From an uncultured Bacilli bacterium (lineage in GTDB: Bacteria; Bacillota_I; Bacilli_A; RFN20; CAG-449), in NCBI GenBank assembly GCA_944332225.1, contig CALVJO010000005.1:1-60432 (forward strand): 60,432 bases of DNA. Direction: 5' to 3'. The position numbers and the translations under genes were made by a program. The notes beneath the pieces are model-generated. The model was not told the origin of the DNA. It ran no database searches and saw only the letters and a program-made list of their open reading frames with translations. Below are positions 58,222 through 60,432 of the stretch, piece by piece. Numbering within the stretch: position 1 is the stretch's first letter; each line of letters opens with the position of its first letter.

Positions 58222-58262
58222 AAAAAGAACTTGGATCAAAATGAATTCAAGTTCTTTTTTTT
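58222..58262. terminator. bidirectional intrinsic terminator
   Basis: AAAAAGAACTTGGAT...ATTCAAGTTCTTTTT between convergent genes. Confidence 0.8.
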
Positions 58263-58267
58263 ACTTA

Positions 58268-58825
58268 TTATTTTACTTCTCTAAGAGAATCGATTTTTTT
58301 AATTTCTTCTAAATCAGGAACGAAGATTTCTTTATCATTACGGTAGTATTCATCGTAATCTAATCCGTATCCGACTATAAAGTAATTACCGATTTCTTTT
58401 CCGACATAATCACATTGAAAGTTAACTTTTCTTCTAGAAGGTTTATCTAATAAGGTGCAGGTGATAACTTCTTTAGGTTGATAATGTTCTTTTAAATATT
58501 TAGTTAAGTAATCAAGGGTGAAGCCGGTGTCGACTATGTCTTCAACCACGACTACCTTACGGTTTCTAATATCCATCGTTATATCTTTCTTTAAGGATAT
58601 AACTCCGGTTGATTCGCTTCCCGCGTAGGAAGATAATTGAACGAAGTCGAGCATGACTGGGCATTCGATCTCTCTTACTAAATCGATAAAGAATGGTAAG
58701 GCTCCCTTCAATACAGCGATGAAGATCGGAGGAACTTTCTCATCTTTAAATCGATTTGTGAATTCCTTTCCTAATCTTTTGATGATTTCTTTGATTTCTT
58801 GTTCACTTAATACTTTAGTTCTCAT
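58268..58825 (-). CDS. hpt: hypoxanthine phosphoribosyltransferase
   Basis: VLKGA..F..DL.R, SSY, VVVVEDIVDTGFTL PRPP motif, LLDKP, FIVGYGLDY.E.YRN. Confidence 0.96.
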   Translation of the reverse strand: MRTKVLSEQEIKEIIKRLGKEFTNRFKDEKVPPIFIAVLKGALPFFIDLVREIECPVMLDFVQLSSYAGSESTGVISLKKDITMDIRNRKVVVVEDIVDTGFTLDYLTKYLKEHYQPKEVITCTLLDKPSRRKVNFQCDYVGKEIGNYFIVGYGLDYDEYYRNDKEIFVPDLEEIKKIDSLREVK

Positions 58826-58837
58826 TTCCCTTCTCCT

Positions 58838-59986
58838 TTATTTTTTAAAATATAATGTAAAGTATAACAACTGATATGGTGAATATTCAACAATCGTGTA
58901 GATAGGTCGACCATCATCGTCGTTTTCTCCGGTGTCGATGGAAGTTGAATTATCTTGATAATCGTCTGTTCCGTTTTCATTTCCATTTAAAACTAAATAC
59001 AAATTGTTAATAAAATTGCCGACTTTTGATAGCAAATCATGCTCAGAATAATATTTAGATACCTGATTCATCTCATAGATGATTTCAGGATTAAGTTTTG
59101 AAACAAATTCTTCATATAGAGAATAATTAGTTAATCGATAGATATCTAAAAGAGAATTAAATGTCGAGAATAAACCATTATACAAAAGATATGGATCATT
59201 AGATGAAAGCAAGATGTATGAAGCAAGTAAATTAGCTTCATCTTCTCTAGCGACCCCTTTGAGATGAGCCATCTCATGGGCCATCACAAAGGCATATTCA
59301 CAGTCTTTGTTCATGCTAGAGACTGAGGCTTGACCTAATCCTAAAACGGTAACTCCAGTTATATGTAATTCTAAAAATAATGGAGATAAGGTTAATGTTG
59401 AGCAGTTGACATCATCTTGATAAATATTAAGATTGACATGTTTTTTATACTCTTCATTTAATAGATTATTAATCTCTTTTTCGTTGTAAGGGCTAATGAT
59501 GAAACCATCTTCATCTCTAGAAAATGTTTCTGATAAAGAATTAAATAAATTTAAATAATAATCGGTAGTTTCATAAATTAAAGTGTCAGTTACTTCACCT
59601 TGGTAAAGCGATAAATTTAAATTAGATGTATTGTAGCCTATCCCTTGAGTGAAAATAAAATAATCTAAGACAAACAAGGTTATAAGAAATAATGATAAGG
59701 TCTTATTAAAAGCTTTAAATACCTGTCTTTTACATAATTTTATGATGATTGAGATCACAAAATAAAATCCTAAGATAACCATGGTTGTGACTGCAAATTC
59801 AAATAATGAAAATGGAATCAAACCTAAAAACTTATTTAAAAAATTAGTAAAAGGCAAAGTGATATTTTGATAAAATTGATTAGCTACATCTAATGAAGAA
59901 GATATAAAAATTAACGTGACTAAAAAGATAATTAAAATAAATAAAATTATTAGTTTAACAATCCAGGTTTTCTTCTTTGCTTTCAT
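58838..59986 (-). CDS. DUF3810 family membrane protein with HExxH zinc motif
   Basis: PFSLFE, TM helices, AHEMAHLKGVAREDEANLL; likely start ATG 59986. Confidence 0.8.
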   Translation of the reverse strand: MKAKKKTWIVKLIILFILIIFLVTLIFISSSLDVANQFYQNITLPFTNFLNKFLGLIPFSLFEFAVTTMVILGFYFVISIIIKLCKRQVFKAFNKTLSLFLITLFVLDYFIFTQGIGYNTSNLNLSLYQGEVTDTLIYETTDYYLNLFNSLSETFSRDEDGFIISPYNEKEINNLLNEEYKKHVNLNIYQDDVNCSTLTLSPLFLELHITGVTVLGLGQASVSSMNKDCEYAFVMAHEMAHLKGVAREDEANLLASYILLSSNDPYLLYNGLFSTFNSLLDIYRLTNYSLYEEFVSKLNPEIIYEMNQVSKYYSEHDLLSKVGNFINNLYLVLNGNENGTDDYQDNSTSIDTGENDDDGRPIYTIVEYSPYQLLYFTLYFKK

Positions 59987-60030
59987 GATTAAATCATATC
60001 CTATGCGCTTTAGAATGAAAATTGAAAACA

Positions 60031-60057
60031 AAAAAAGTTGCAATTCAGTTGCAACTC
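60031..60057 (-). terminator. intrinsic terminator downstream of ferredoxin
   Basis: AGTTGCAA-TTCAG-TTGCAACT hairpin with adjacent A-tract (T-tract on the minus strand). Confidence 0.7.
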
Positions 60058-60073
60058 TTAGTTTAGAAGTTTG

Positions 60074-60265
60074 TTATTTAACTTCGATTGCTTGAACTGG
60101 GCAATTTGCCGCGGCTTCTTCGACTCCGGCTTCTAAATCAGCTGGGATATCTCCTAAGACGTTTTCAGCTCTGCCTTCGTCGTTTAAAGCGAATACAGCA
60201 TCGCAAATTGAGCAGCACATTCCGCATCCGATGCAGGCGTCGCTAACAGTACAGGTTTTTGCCAT
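60074..60265 (-). CDS. single-cluster ferredoxin
   Basis: CIGCGMC...CPVQAI; AGGAGG SD. Confidence 0.92.
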   Translation of the reverse strand: MAKTCTVSDACIGCGMCCSICDAVFALNDEGRAENVLGDIPADLEAGVEEAAANCPVQAIEVK

Positions 60266-60432
60266 AGAAAAATTCCTCCTTGTGCGCTTTTATTATAATC
60301 GACTAAAGGTTTAATTAAAAGTCTTTTATTTTCTTTTGTAGGTAAGGAAGAAAGGGTTGATAAATGACAAAGTAAATTCAGTTTATATAACTTAAAAGCG
60401 AAATTAATTTGACAATATATAATAGAAATGTG

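Noticed and set aside
10015-58874. Short ORF-track entries antisense to or nested in real genes (e.g. 10015-10239, 11291-11488, 17652-17933, 23025-23291, 27420-27704, 28005-28334, 33175-33495, 49830-50159, 57148-57357, 58653-58874)
   Set aside because: Shadow frames of well-supported genes, with no SD and no recognisable motifs

Overview
AT-rich chromosomal window from a low-GC Bacilli-like bacterium. It uses genetic code 11 (TGG = Trp, TGA used as stop). Ser-rich lipoproteins and gene content suggest an uncultured gut Bacilli/Mollicutes-related lineage, which is inference. I found no rRNA, tRNA, CRISPR array, transposase or phage gene. Housekeeping genes: degV, rluA-family, GT2, M18 aminopeptidase, DedA, rmuC, feoA-feoA-feoB, GDPD-MFS-HAD, AKR, pdxK, csoR-copA, cvpA, hpt, ferredoxin. 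Accessory loci: a glycan locus (Ig/CBM lipoprotein, permuted GH3, membrane protein, LytTR/GHKL two-component system), a four-lipoprotein cluster, a vat-like acetyltransferase and several immune-like genes. The best candidate for an undescribed system is the minus-strand operon at 30233-38522. It encodes a TIR-STAND/NACHT-like-LRR protein (plant TNL-like, degenerate P-loop, HPr-kinase-N-like tail), a GNAT, and a tandem TIR-LRR pair in which one TIR keeps and one lacks the catalytic Glu. Other notable signals are a double DUF4062/TIR-like-TPR protein, a catalytically eroded DUF4011-helicase-nuclease protein, a G9 tract in the LytTR regulator, an RBS-sequestering pseudoknot leader, an internal CopZ start inside copA, and apparent over-representation of CGCG and ATCGAT. 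All domain calls come from motif recognition by eye, not from database searches.
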